Origin: Tubulanus polymorphus
Lineage: Eukaryota; Animalia; Nemertea
Assembly (NCBI RefSeq): GCF_964204645.1
Contig: NC_134032.1
Location: forward strand, 13,628,275 to 13,692,274
DNA: 64,000 nucleotides
Direction of reading: 5' to 3'
The notes beneath the pieces were generated by a model that worked only from the letters and a program-made list of their open reading frames with translations, had not been told where the DNA came from and searched no databases. Positions within the stretch are counted from its first letter, which is position 1. Each line of letters begins with the position of its first letter. A program made the translations under genes and the position numbers. This document shows, one piece after another, positions 41,301-57,000 of the stretch.

Positions 41301-42001
41301 CACACTTCTACTCACATACTGCAGTACTAAAATACCAAGTTCATCACACATTGTCTCAGTAGGTGTCGATTGCGTACTTGAAATCTAAACATGGCAATGA
41401 ACTGAAAATGAAATGAAAGATTCATTTTGAATATATTTTAGAACTTAGAGAACAAAAGGGAGAGTTTCTAATTTCTAATTTTACACATTTCTCCTCACAT
41501 TCTGTGGCACTTCCATGCTGAGTTCACCAGACAGTCTCACTGAGGGTCGAGTCTACAGTAGTACCATATTGTTGATCAGTAAGCGAGTTGCAAGTTGATC
41601 AGCTTCTCACCAGTGACAGATTCTGCAGCACTCTTGAATCCAATTGTAGAATTCGTGAACGATTCCACACCTGGCATTTCTAAATCAGTACAAAATTGTA
41701 TGAAAGGTGAATATTTGCAAAAAAGGAAGCCAAAAATGGGAATAATTGGTAATGGCTGATATCAAGCTGATATCAAACTTTGAAAATATGCTTTACTTTA
41801 TCGGAATCAACATTGAAGGTATGTTCTGTTTGTGAAGAGATGTTGAGAGAAGATATTTCAGCACCTAAAAACATAAAATAGATGAAAAACTCATTTCTAA
41901 AGATGATATGACTTCCTTAAAAGAAAATTGAATTTTGGTCTGAATATACATACCGCCACTTATATTTTGATTGTAATCAACGATGAACTATAAGTGTCGG
42001 G

Positions 42002-42043
<42 letters not shown>

Positions 42044-45000
42044 GGCTGCTGCTGCTGCTGCTCAGACTAGATCAAAATGATGTTCTTTATGGACTTGTTC
42101 ATTACATAGAATATTGACCTTTTACATAAAGTTGAACTGGAAATAGAATAAAACATTCTCCATTAATTCATTTTCAAACATAGAAACCAATAGGAAGGAT
42201 TTCCAATGTTACACAATTCTACTCACATTCTGCAGCACTTGGACGTCAAGTTCCCCGGACATTGTCTCACTCGGGGTAAATTCTGCAGCACTTGGAATCC
42301 GACTCTCATGGGAATGAACTGAAAATATAATGAAAGATTCATCACAAATATATTTTCACTTCTAGAAAACAAAAGGGGGTCCAAGATTACACATTTTTTC
42401 TCACATACTGTAGCACACCGATGCTGAGTTCACCAGTCTCTAACTGATGGTAGATTCTACAACTCTCGCATATCAAGTAGATCAGCGTCTCACCAGTGAC
42501 AGATTCTGCAGCACTTTGAATCCAATTGTGGAATTTGTGAACGATTCTACACCAGACATTTCTAAATCAGTACAAAATTATATAGAAGGTGAGCATTATC
42601 CTAAAGTGGCGGCCAAAAGAAGCATAATTGATAATGGATATCAAACTTATATATGATTTACTTGGAATCAATATCGCATGAATGGTCTGTTTGCAAATAG
42701 ATGATGATATTGCACCTCACCTGAAAGAAACAAATAGATGAAAAATACACTTCAAAAGATGATTAATAATTTCTTAAAGATGAAATTGAAATTCGGTCTG
42801 AATACAAACCACTTATATTTCTATCACAATCAACAATGGACTGTAAGTGTCAAGGGCTGCTGCTGTTGAGGTCCCATTGATCAAAATAAAAATCTCTGTT
42901 GACTTGAGAAAATCAGCATCTTTCATGGTACTGAACTGAAAATCTGAAAATAAAAGAAAAGATAATTACATTTTCAAATTTAGAAACAGATAGGGAGGAT
43001 GGATTTTCCAATAATTATACTTTTAGTCGCATACCGCAGTACTAAAATACCAAGTTCACCACACATTGTCTCAGTAGGGGTCGATTCTGTAGGAGATTCT
43101 GTATCCATCTTACTAACATGGTACTAAACATAGAATAAGAGAGTCTTTATGAATTTATTTTCAAACATAGAAACAAATAGGATGGATTTCGAATTTATTG
43201 CAATTCTACTCACATTCTGCAGTAAATGGATGCAATGCATACCAGACAGAGTCTTGGGGGTTGATTCCGCAGCACTTGGAATCCATTTCACACGGCATTG
43301 ACAACTGAAAATAAAATGAAAGATTCATTTTGCATTTATTTTCAAACTTAGAGAACAAAAGGGAGAATTTCCAAATTACACGTTTCTCCTCACATTCTGT
43401 GGCATTTTGTCACATGAATAATCTGTTTGTGAATAGATGATGATATCGCACCTCATCTGAAAGAAACAAATAAATGAAAAATACACACTTCAATCAGATG
43501 ATTAATAATTTCTGTTAAAACAAAATTGATTTCGGTCTGAATACAAACCACATTTCTATGGTAATCAACAATGGACAGTAAGAGTCGGGGGCTGCTGCTG
43601 CTGCTCAGGCCAGGTCAAAATGACGTTCTTTATGGACTTGTTCATTACGAAGAGAGGATCAACCTTTTACATGATGTTGAACTGAAAATAAAACGAATCA
43701 TTTTTCATTAATTTTCAAGCATAGAAACCAATAGGAAGATATTCCAGTTTCACACTTTTCTACTCACATTCTACAGCACTTGGATATCAAGTTTACCAGA
43801 AAGTGTTTCACTAGGGGTAAATTCTGTAGCACTTGGAATCCATCTTTTATCGGAATGAACTGTAAATATAATGAAAGATTCATTTTTCACACCTTGTAAA
43901 CTAAAGGGTGGATTCTGAATTTCCATTTAAAAATTTCTTCTCACATTCTGTAGTACTTAGATGCTGAGTTCACCAGACAAAGTCTCCCTGACGGTTGTTT
44001 CTACAATACTTTGATATGAAAGTTGCTAAGACAGCTTCTCACCAGTGACAGATTCTGCAGCACTCTGAATCCAATTGTGGAATTTGTAAATGATTCCACA
44101 CCAGGCATTTCTAAATAAGTACAAAATTATATAGAAGATGAGTATTAAATGGGGCAGCCAAAAGCGGGCATAATTGATAATGGGTATCAAATTCATATAT
44201 GATTTACTTGCAATCAATGTCACATGAATGGTCTGTTTGCGAATAGATGATGATATTGCACCTCATCTGAAAGAAACAAATAGATGAAAAATACACACTT
44301 CAATCAGATGATTAATCAGATGATTAATAATTTCTTTAAAATGAAATTTAATTTTGGTCTGAATACAAACCAGTTATATTTCTATCATAATCAACAATGG
44401 ACTGTAAGTGTCAAGGGCTGCTGCTGTTGAGGTCCCATTGATCAAAATAAAAATCTCTGTTGACTTGAGAGAATCAGCATCTTTCATGGAATTGAACTGA
44501 AAATCTGAAAATAAAAGATAAATACATTTTCAAATTTGGAAACAGATAGGGAGGATGGATTTTCCAATAATTACACTTTTACTCACATCTATACTGCAGT
44601 ACTAAAATACCAAGTTCATCGCACATTGTCTCAGTAGGGGTCGATTCCGTACTTGAAATCTAAACATGGCAATGAACTGAAAATAAAATGAAAGATTCAT
44701 TTGAATATATTTTCAAACTTAGAAAACAAAAGGGAGAGTTTTTAATTTCTAATTTTACACATTTCTCCTCATATTCTGTGGCACTTGCATGCTAAGTTCC
44801 TCAGACAGTCTCACTGAGGGTCGAGTCTACAGTAGTTGCATATTGTTGATCAGTCAGCGAGTTGCAAGTTGATCAGCTTCTCACCAGTGACAGATTCTGC
44901 AGCACTCTTGAATCCAATTGTGGAATTTGTGAACGATTCTACGTTACACCAGGCATTTCTAAATCAGAACAAAATTGTATAAAAGGCGAGTATTTGCCAA

Positions 45001-48000
45001 AGAGGAAGCAAAAAATGGGAAAAATTGATAATGGCTGATATCAAAATATGCTTTACTTAATCGGAATCAATGTTGAAGGAATGATCTGTTTGTGAAGAGA
45101 TGTTGAGAGAAGATATTTCAGCACCTAAAAACATAAAATAGATGAAAAACTCATTTCTAAAGATGATATGACTTCCTTAAAAGAAAATTGAATTTTGGTC
45201 TGAATATACATACCACTTATATTTTGATTGTTATCAACGATGATTAGTTTCGGGGGCTGCTGCTGCTAGACTAGATCAAAATGATGTTCTTTATGGACTT
45301 GTTCATTACATAGAGGATCGACCTTTAACATGACGTTGAACTGGAAATAGAATAAAACATTCTCCATTAATTCATTTTCAAACATTGAAACCAATAGGGA
45401 GGATTCCAATGTCACACTATTCTACTCACATTCTACAGCACTTGAACGTCAAGTTTACCAGAAAGTGTTTCACTAAGGGTAAATTCTGCAGCATTTGGAA
45501 TCCAACTCTCATGGGAACAAACTGAAAATATAATGAAAGATTCATCACAAATATATTTTCACTCCTAGAAAACAAAATGGGGTCCAAGATTACACATTTC
45601 TTCTCACATACTGTAGCACACCGATGCCGAGTTCACCAGTCTCTAACTGATGGTAGATTCTACAATTCTCGGATATCAAGTTGATCAGACAGCGTCTCAC
45701 CAGTGACAGATTCTGCAGCACTTTGAATCCAATTGTGGAATTTGTGAACGATTCTACACCAGTCGTTTCTAAATAAGTACAGAATTATATAGGAGATGAG
45801 TATTATCCTAAAGTGGCAGCCAAACGAAGCATAATTGATAATGGATATCAAACTCATATATGATTTACTTGGAATCAATGTCGCATGAATGGTCTGTTTG
45901 CAAATAGATGATGATATTGCACCTCATCTGAAAGAAACAAATGGATGAAAAATACACACTTCAAAAGATGATTAATAATTTCTTAAAGATGAAATTGAAT
46001 TTCGGTCTGAATACAAACCAGTTATATTTCTATCATAATCAACGATTGACTGTTAAGCATCAAGGGCTGCTGCTGTTGAGGTCCCATTGATCAAAATAAA
46101 AATTTCTGTTGACTTGAGAGAATCAACCTCTTTCATGGTACTGAACTGAAAATAAAAGAAAAGATTCTCAATAAATACATTTTCAAATTTAGAAACTGAT
46201 AGGTATGGGTTTTCAATTCTACTCACATACTGCAGTACTAAAATACCAAGTTCACCACAGATTGTCTCAGTATGGGGTCGATTCTGTAGGTGATTCTGTA
46301 TCCATCTTACTAACATGGTACTGAACATAGAATAAGAGAGTCTTCACGAATTCTATTTCAAACATAGAAACTTATGGGGTGGATTTCAAATTCTTTGCAT
46401 TTCTACTCACATTCTGCAGCACTTGGATACAATGCATACCGGACAGAGTCTCACTTGGGGGTTGATTCTGCAGCACTTGGAATACATTTCACACAGCAAT
46501 GAACTGAAAAATAAAATGGAAGATTGATTTTTGAATATATTTTCAAACTTAGAAAACAAAAAGGAGAATTTTTGATTTCCAATTTTACACATTTCTCCTC
46601 ACATTCTGTGGCACTTCCATGCCGAGTTCCTCAGACAGTCTCACTGAGGGTCGAGTCTACAATACTTGCATATTGTTGATCAGTCAGCGAGTTGCAAGTT
46701 GATCAGCTTCTCACCAGTGACAGATTCTGCAGCACTCTGAATCCAATTGTGGAATTTGTGAACAATTCTACACCAAACATTTCTAAATCAGAACAAAATT
46801 GTATAAAAGGCGAGTATTTGCAAAAAAAGGGAAGCCAAAAATGGGAATATATGGTAATGGCTGATATCAAAATATGCTTTACTTTATCAGAATCAATGTT
46901 GAAGGAATGATCTGTTTGTGAAGAGATGTTGAGAGAAGATATTTCAGCATCTAAAAACATAGAATAGATGAAAAACTCATTTCTAAAGATGATATGACTT
47001 CCTTAAAAGAAAATTGAATTTTGGTCTGAATATACATACCACTTATATTTTGATTGTTATCAACGATGATTAGTTTCGGGGGGCTGCTGCTGCTAGACTA
47101 GATCAAAATGATGTTCTTTATGGACTTGTTCATTACATAGAGGATCGACCTTTAACATGACGTTGAACTGGAAATAGAATAAAACATTCTCCATTAATTC
47201 ATTTTCAAACATAGAAACCAATAGGGAGGATTCCAATGTCACACTATTCTACTAACATTCTACAGCACTTGACCGTCAAGTTTACCAGAAAGTGTTTCAC
47301 TAAGGGTAAATTCTGCAGCACTTGGAATCCAACTCTCATGGGAACAAACTGAAAATATAATGAAAGATTCATCACAAATATATTTTCACTCCTAGAAAAC
47401 AAAATGGGGTCCAAGATTACACATTTCTTCTCACATACTGTAGCACACCGATGCCGAGTTCACCAGTCTCTAACTGATGGTAGATTCTACAACTCTCGGA
47501 TATCAAGTTGATCAGACAGCGTCTTACCAGCAACAGATTCTGCAGCACTTTGAATCCAATTGTGGAATTTGTGAACGATTCTACACCAGTCGTTTCTAAA
47601 TAAGTACAGAATTATATAGGAGATGAGTATTATCCTAAAGTGGCAGCCAAACGAAGCATAATTGATAATGGATATCAAACTCATATATGATTTACTTGGA
47701 ATCAATGTCGCATGAATGTTCTGTTTGCAAATAGATGATGATATTGCACCTCATCTGAAAGAAACAAATAGATGAAAAATACACTTCAAAAGATGATTAA
47801 TAATTTCTTTAAAATGAAATTGAATTTCGGTCTGAATACAAACCACATATATTTCTATCACAATCAACGATGAACTGTAAGTGTCGAGGGCTGTTGCTGT
47901 TGAGGTCCCATTGATCAAAATAAAAATTTCTGTTGACTTGAGAGAATAAACCTCTTTCATGGTACTGTAAAAGAAAAGATTCTCAATAAATACATTTTCA

Positions 48001-51000
48001 AATTTAGAAACTGATAGGTACGGGTTTTCAATAATTACACTTTTACTCACATTCTGCAGCACTAAAATACCAAGTTCACCACAGATTGTCTCAGTAGGGG
48101 TCGATTCTGTAGGAGATTCTGTATCCATCTTACTAACATGGTACTGAACATAGAATAAGAGAGTCTTTACGAATTCAATTTCAAACATAGAGACTTATGG
48201 GGTGGATTTCAAATTCTTTGCATTTCTACTCACATTTTGTAGCACTTGGATGCAATTCAGCGAGTCAGCGAGTTGCAAGTCGATCAGCATCTCACCAGTG
48301 ACAGATTCTGCAGCACTCTTGAATCCAATTGTGGAATTTGTGAATGATTCTACACCAGGGGTTTCTGAATCAGTACAAAATTGCATAAAAGGTGAATATT
48401 TGCAAAAAAGGGAAGCCAAAAATGGGAATAAATGGTAATGGCTGATATCAAAATATGCTTTACTTTATCGGCATCAACGTTGAAGGAATGTTCTGTTTGT
48501 GAAGAGATGTTGAGAGAAGATATTTCAGCATCTAAAAACATGTAATAGATGGAAAACTCATTTCTAAAGATAATTGATGAATTCTTTAAAAGAAAATTGA
48601 ATTTCGGTCAGCATACATACCACATTTCGATAGTAATCAATGAGGAACTCTAAGTGTCAGGGGCTTCTGCTGCTGCTCAGACTTGATCTGAATAATGTTC
48701 TTTATGGACTTGTTCATTATTTAGAGGATCAACCTTTTACATCACGTTGAACTGAAAATAAAATAAATCATATTTCATTAATTCATTTTCAAACATAGAA
48801 ACCAATAGGAAGATATTCAAATTTCACTCTTTTCTACTCACATTCTGCAGCACTTGGATGTTAAGTTTACCAGAAAGTGTTTCATTAGGGGTAAATTCTG
48901 CAGCACTTGAAATCCATCTCTTATCGGAATGAACTGAAAATATAATGAACGATTCATCACAAATATATTTTCACACCTAGAAAACAAATGTGGTCCAAGA
49001 TTACACATTTCTTCTCACATTCCGAAGCACTTCAATGCTGAGTTCATCAGTCTCTCACTGAGAGTTGATTCCACAACACTTGCATATCAAGTAGATCAGA
49101 CAGCGTCTCACCAGTGACAGATTCTGCAGCATCCCGAATCCAAATGTGGAATTGTGAATGATTCCACACCAGGCATTTCTAAATCAGTACAAAATTATAT
49201 AGAAGGTGAGTACTAGCTAAAAGTGGTGGCCAAAAGCGGGCATAATTAATGATGGATATCAAACTTATATGATTTACTTGGAATCAATGTCACATGAATG
49301 ATCTGTTTGTGAATAGATGATGATATTGCACCACATCTGAAAGAAACAAAAAAATGAAAAATGCACTTCAATAGATGATTAATGATTTCTTTAAAAGAAA
49401 ATTGATTTCGGTCTGAATACAAACCACATTTCTATCGTAATCAACAATGGACTGTAAGAGTCGGGGGCTGCTGCTGCTGCTCAGGCCAGGTCAAAATGAC
49501 GTTCTTTATGGACTTGTTCATTACGAAGAGAGGATCAACCTTTTACATGATGTTGAACTGAAAATAAAACGAATCATTTTTCATTAATTTTCAAGCATAG
49601 AAACCAATAGGAAGATATTCCAGTTTCACACTTTTCTACTCACATTCTACAGAACTTGGATATCAAGTTACCAAAAAGTGTTTCACTTGGGGTAAATTCT
49701 GTAGCACTTGGAATCCATCTCTTATCGGAATGAACTGTAAACATAATGATAGATTCATTTTTCACACCTTGTAAACTAAAGGGTGGATTCTGAATTTCCA
49801 TTTAAAAATTTCTTCTCACATTCTGTAGTACTTAGATGCTGAGTTCACCTGACAAAGTCTCCCTGACGGTTGTTTCTACAATACTTGGATATGAAAGTTG
49901 CTAAGACAGCTTCTCACCAGTGACAGATTCTGCAGCACTCTGAATCCAATTGTGGAATTTGTAAATGATTCCACACCAGGCATTTCTAAATAAGTACAAA
50001 ATTATATAGAAGATGAGTATTAAATGTGGTGGCCAAAAGCGGGCATAATTGATAATGGGTATCAAATTCATATATGATTTACTTGCAATCAATGTCACAT
50101 GAATGATTTGTTTGCGAATAGATGATGATATTGCACCTCATCTGAAAGAAACAAATAGATGGAAAATACACACTTCAATCAGATGATTAATAATTTCTTT
50201 AAAATGAAATTGAATTTCGGTCTGAACACAAACCAGTTATATTTCTATCACAATCAACGATGCACTGTAAGTGTCGAGGGCTGCTGCTGTTGAGGTCCCA
50301 TTGATCAAAATAAAAATTTCTGTTGACTTGAGAGAATCAACCTCTTCCATGGTACTGAACATCTGAAAGTAAAAGAAAAGATTCTCAATAAATACATTTT
50401 CAAATTTAGAAACTGATAGGTACGGGTTTTCAATAATTACACTTCTACTCACATACTGCAGCACTAAAATACCAAGTTCACCACATATGGTCTCAGTAGG
50501 GGTCGATTCTGTAGGAGATTCTGTATCCATCTTACTAACATGGTACTGAACATAGAATAAGAGAGTCTTCACGAATTCAATTTCAAACATAGAAACCAAT
50601 GGGGTGGATTTCAAATTCTTTGCATTTCTACTCATATTCTGCAGCACTTGGATACAATGCATACCGGACAGAGTCTCACTTGGAGGTTGATTCTGCAGCA
50701 CTTGGAATCCATTTCATACGGCAATGAACTGAAAATAAAATGAAAGATTGATTTTTGAATATATTTTCAAACTTAGAAAACAAAAGGGGAATTCATATTT
50801 CCTAATTACACTTTTCTCCTCACATTCTGTGGCACTTGCATGCTGAGTTCATCAGACAGTCTCACTGAGGGTCGAGTCTACAATAGTTGCATATCAAGTT
50901 GATCAGACAGCGTCTCACCAGTGACAGTTTCTGCAGCAATTTGAATCCAATTGTGGAATTTGTGAACGATTCTACACCAGGCGTTTCTAAATCAGTACAA

Positions 51001-54000
51001 AATTATATAAAAAGTGAGTATTATCCAAAAGTGAAAGCCAAAAATGGGAATAATTGGTAAATGGCTGATATCAAACTTCGATAATATGTTTTACTCACTC
51101 AGAATCAATGTCAAATAAATGTTCTGTTTGTGACAAAATGTTGAGAGAAGAGACTCAGCATCTAAAAACATAAAATAGATGAAAAACTCATTTCTAAAGA
51201 TGATTGATCATTTTGGTCTGAGTACATACCACTTATAATTTCGATTGTAATCAATTATATGAACTGTAAGTGCTGCTGCTGCTGCTCCTCAGGCCATATC
51301 AAAATGATGTTCTGTATGGACTAACTTGTTCATTACTTAGAGAATCAGCCTTTTACATGGTATTGAACTGAAAATAGAATAAAACATTCCCAATTAATTC
51401 ATTTTCAAACATAGAATCCAATAGGGAGGATTTCCAATTCAGCACAATTTCTACTCACATTCTGCAGCACTTGGATATCAAGTTTACCAGAAAGTGTTTC
51501 ACTAGGGGTAAATTCTGTAGCACTTGGAATTCAACTCACATAGGAATGAACTGTAAATATAATGAAAGATTAATTTTTCACACCTTGTAAACCAAATGGT
51601 GGATTCTAAATTTCCATTTAAGAATTTCTTCTCACATTCTGTAGTACTTAGATGCTGAGTTCACCAGACAAAGTCTCCCTGACGGTTGTTTCTACAATAC
51701 TTTGATATGAAAGTTGCTAAGACAGCTTCTCACCAGTGACAGATTCTGCAGCACTACGAATCCAGTAGTGGAATTTGTAAATGATTCCACACCAGGCATT
51801 TCTAAATCAGTACAAAATTATATAGAAGATGAGTATTAGCTTAAAAGTGTATGAAAATGGATGAAAAATACACTTCAAAGGATGATTAATAATTTCTTTA
51901 AAATGAAAGTGAATTTCGGTCTGAATACAAACCAGTTATATTTCTATCACAATCAACAATGCACTGTAAGTGTCAAGGGCTGCTGCTGTTGAGGTTCCAT
52001 TGATCAAAATATAAATCTCTGTTGACTTAAGAGAATCAGCATCTTTCATGGAACTGAAAATCTGAAAATAAAAGAAAAGATTCTCGATAAATACATTTTC
52101 AAATTTAGAAAAAAATTGGGATTTTCCAATAATTACACTTCTACTCACATACTGCAGCACTAAAATACCAAGTTCACCACACATTGTCTCAGTAGGGGTC
52201 GATTCTGTAGGAGATTCTGTATCCATCTTACAAACATGGTACTGAACATAGAATAAGAGAGTCTTCACGAATTCAATTTCTAACATGGAAACTTATGGGG
52301 TGGATTTCAAATTCTTTGCATTTCTACTCACATTTTGTAGCACTTGGATGCAATTCAGCGAGTCAGCGAGTTGCAAGTAGATCCACGTCTCACCAGTGAC
52401 AGATTCTGCAGCACTCTTGAATCCAATTGTGGAATTTGTGAATGATTCTACACCAGGGGTTTCTGAATCAGTACAAAATTGCATAAAAGGTGAATATTTG
52501 CAAAAAAGGGAAGCCAAAAATGGGAATAAATGGTAATGGCTGATATCAAAATATGCTTTACTTTATCGGCATCAACGCTGAAGGAATGTTCTGTTTGTGA
52601 AGAGATGTTGAGAGAAGATATTTCAGCATCTAAAAACATGTAATAGATGGAAAACTCATTTCTAAAGATAATTGATGAATTCTTTAAAAGAAAATTGAAT
52701 TTCGGTCAGCATACATACCACATTTCGATTGTAATCAATGATGAACTGTAAATGTCAGGGGCTTCTGCTGCTGCTGCTCAGACTTGATCAAAATAATGTT
52801 CTTTAAGGACTTGTTCATTACTTAGAGGATCAACCTTTTACATCAAGTTGAACTGAAAATAAAATAAATCATTTTTCATTAATTCATTTTCAAACATAGA
52901 AACCAATAGGAAGATATTCAAATTTCACTCTTTTCTACTCACATTCTGCAGCACTTGGATGTTAAGTTTACCAGAAAGTGTTTCACAAAGGGTAAATTCT
53001 GCAGCACTTGAAATCCATCTCTTATCGGAATGAACTGAAAATATAATGATAGATTCATCACAAATATATTTTCACACCTAGAAAACAAATGTGGTCCAAG
53101 ATTACACATTTCTTCTCACATTGCGAAGCACTTCAATGCCGAGTTCATCAGTCTCTCACTGAGAGTTGATTCCACAACACTTGCATATCAAGTTGATCAG
53201 ACAGCGTCTCACCAGTGACAGATTCTGCAGCATCCCGAATCCAAATGTGGAATTGTGAATGATTCCACACCAGGCATTTCTAAATCAGTACAAAATTATA
53301 TAGAAGGTGAGTATTAGCTAAAAGTGGCGGCCAAAAGCGGGCATAATTAATGATGGATATCAAACTTATATGATTTACTTGGAATCAATGTCACATAAAT
53401 GATCTGTTTGTGAATAGATGATGATATCGCACCACATCTGAAAGAAACAAATAAATGAAAAATACACTTCAACACATGATTAATGATTTCTTTTAAAACA
53501 AAATTGATTTCGGTCTGAATACAAACCACATTTCTATCGTAATCAACAATAGACAGTAAGAGTCGGGGGCTGCTGCTGCTGCTCAGGCCAGGTCAAAATG
53601 ACGTTCTTTATGGACTTGTTCATTACGAAGAGAGGATCAACCTTTTACATGATGTTGAACTGAAAATAAAATGAATCATTTTTAATTAATTTTCAAGCAT
53701 AGAAACCAATAGGAAGATATTCCAGTTTTACACTTTTCTACTCACATTCTACAGCACTTGGATATCAAGTTTACCAGAAAGTGTTTCACTAGGGGTAAAT
53801 TCTGTAGCACTTGGAATCCATCTCTTATCGGAATGAACTGTAAATATAATGAAAGATTCATTTTTCACACCTTGTAAACTAAAGGGTGGATTCTGAATTT
53901 CCATTTAAAAATTTCTTCTCACATTCTGTAGTACTTAGATGCTGAGTTCACCAGACAAAGTCTCCCTGACGGTTGTTTCTACAATACTTTGATATGAAAG

Positions 54001-57000
54001 TTGCTAAGACAGCTTCTCACCAGTGACAGATTCTGCAGCACTCTGAATCCAATTGTGGAATTTGTAAATGATTCTACACCAGGCATTTCTAAATAAGTAC
54101 AAAATTATATAGAAGATGAGTATTAAATGTGGTGGCCAAAAGCGGGCATAATTGATAATGGGTATCAAATTCATATATGATTTACTTGCAATCAATGTCG
54201 CATGAATGATCTGTTTGTGAATAGATGATGATATTGCAACTCATCTGAAAGAAACAAATAGATGGAAAATACACACTTCAATCAGATGATTAATAATTTC
54301 TTTAAAATGGAATTGAATTTCGGTCTGAACACAAACCAGTTATATTTCTATCACAATCAACAATGGACTGTAAGTGTCAAGGGCTGCTGCTGTTGAGGTC
54401 CCATTGATCAAAATAAAAATTTCTGTTGACTTGAGAGAATAAACCTCTTTCATGGTACTGTAAAAGAAAAGATTCTCAATAAATACATTTTCAAATTTAG
54501 AAACTGATAGGTACGGGTTTTCAATAATTACACTTTTACTCACATTCTGCAGCACTAAAATACCAAGTTCACCACATATTGTCTCAGTAGGGGTCGATTC
54601 TGTAGGAGATTCTGTATCCATCTTACATGGTACTGAACATAGAATAAGAGAGTTTTCACGAATTCAATTTCAAACATAGAAACCAATGGGGTGGATTTCA
54701 AATTCTTTGCATTTCTACTCACATTCTGCAGCACTTGGATACAATGCATACCGGACAGAGTCTCACTTGGGGGTTGATTCCGCAGCACTTGGAATCCATT
54801 TCACACGGCATTGACAACTGAAAATAAAATGACAGATTCATTTTGAATATATTTTCAAACTTAGAAAACAAAAAGAATTTTTAATTTCCAATTTTACACA
54901 TTTCTCCTCGCATTCTGTGGCACTTCCATGCTGAGTTCCTCAGACAGTCTCACTGAGGGTCGAGTCTACAATACTTGCATATTGTTGATCAGTCAGCAAG
55001 TTGCAAGTTGATCAGCTTCTCACCAGTGACAGATTGTGCAGCACTCTGAATCCAATTGTGGAATTTGTGAACAATTCTACACCAGACATTTCTAAATCAG
55101 AACAAAATTGTATAAAAGGTGAATATTTGCAAAAAAGGAAGCCAAAAATGGGAATAATTGGTAATGGCTGATATCAAGCTGATATCAAACTTTGAAAATA
55201 TACTTTACTTTATCGGTATCAATGTTGAAGGAATGTTCTGTTTGTGAAGAGATGTTGAGAGAAGATATTTCAGCACCTAAAAACATAAAATAGATGAAAA
55301 ACTCATTTCTAAAGATGATATGACTTCCTTAAAAGAAAATTGAATTTTGGTCTGAATATACATACCACTTATATTTTGATTGTTATCAACGATGATTAGT
55401 TTCGGGGGGCTGCTGCTGCTAGACTAGATCAAAATGATGTTCTTTATGGACTTGTTCATTACATAGAGGATCGACCTTTAACATGACGTTGAACTGGAAA
55501 TAGAATAAAACATTCTCCATTTATTCATATTCAAACATAGAAACCAATAGGGAGGATTCCAATGTCACACTATTCTACTAACATTCTACAGCACTTGAAC
55601 GTCAAGTTTACCAGAAAGTGTTTCACTAAGGGTAAATTCTGCAGCACTTGGAATCCAACTCTCATGGGAACAAACTGAAAACATAATGAAAGATTCATCA
55701 CAAATATATTTTCACTCCTAGAAAACAAAATGGGGTCCAAGATTACACATTTCTTCTCACATACTGTAGCACACCGATGCCGAGTTCACCAGTCTCTAAC
55801 TGATGGTAGATTCTACAACTCTCGGATATCAAGTTGATCAGACAGCGTCTTACCAGCAACAGATTCTGCAGCACTTTGAATCCAATTGTGGAATTTGTGA
55901 ACGATTCTACACCAGTCGTTTCTAAATAAGTACAGAATTATATAGGAGATGAGTATTATCCTAAAGTGGCAGCCAAACGAAGCATAATTGATAATGGATA
56001 TCAAACTCATATATGATTTACTTGCAATCAATGTGGCATGAATGATCTGTTTGTGAATAGATGATGATATTGCACCTCATCTGAAAGAAACAAATAGATG
56101 AAAAATACACACTTCAAAAGATGATTAATAATTTCTTAAAGATGAAATTGAATTTCGGTCTGAATACAAACCAGTTATATTTCTATCATAATCAACGATT
56201 GACTGTTAAGCATCAAGGGCTGCTGCTGTTGAGGTCCCATTGATCAAAATAAAAATTTCTGTTGACTTGAGAGAATCAACCTCTTTCATGGTACTGAACT
56301 GAAAATAAAAGAAAAGATTCTCAAAAAATACATTTTCAAATTTAGAAACTGATAGGTATGGGTTTTCAATTCTACTCACATACTGCAGTACTAAAATACC
56401 AAGTTCACCACAGATTGTCTCAGTATGGGGTCGATTCTGTAGGTGATTCTGTATCCATCTTACTAACATGGTACTGAACATAGAATAAGAGAGTCTTCAC
56501 GAATTCTATTTCAAACATAGAAACTTATGGGGTGGATTTCAAATTCTTTGCATTTCTACTCACATTCTGCAGCACTTGGATACAATGCATACCGGACAGA
56601 GTCTCACTTGGGGGTTGATTCTGCAGCACTTGGAATACATTTCACACGGCAATGAACTGAAAAATAAAATGGAAGATTGATTTTTGAATATATTTTCAAA
56701 CTTAGAAAACAAAAAGGAGAATTTTTGATTTCCAATTTTACACATTTCTCCTCACATTCTGTGGCACTTCCATGCCGAGTTCCTCAGACAGTCTCACTGA
56801 GGGTCGAGTCTACAATACTTGCATATTGTTGATCAGTCAGCGAGTTGCAAGTTGATCAGCTTCTCACCAGTGACAGATTCTGCAGCACTCTGAATCCAAT
56901 TGTGGAATTTGTGAACAATTCTACACCAAACATTTCTAAATCAGAACAAAATTGTATAAAAGGCGAGTATTTGCAAAAAAGGGGAAGCCAAAAATGGGAA

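Noticed and set aside
49200-49460. Plus-strand donor-like motifs (AAGGTGAGT, CTGTAAG)
   Set aside because: GT is frequently lost in paralogous modules (ATGAGT, GCGAGT) and the plus strand lacks matching polypyrimidine acceptors.
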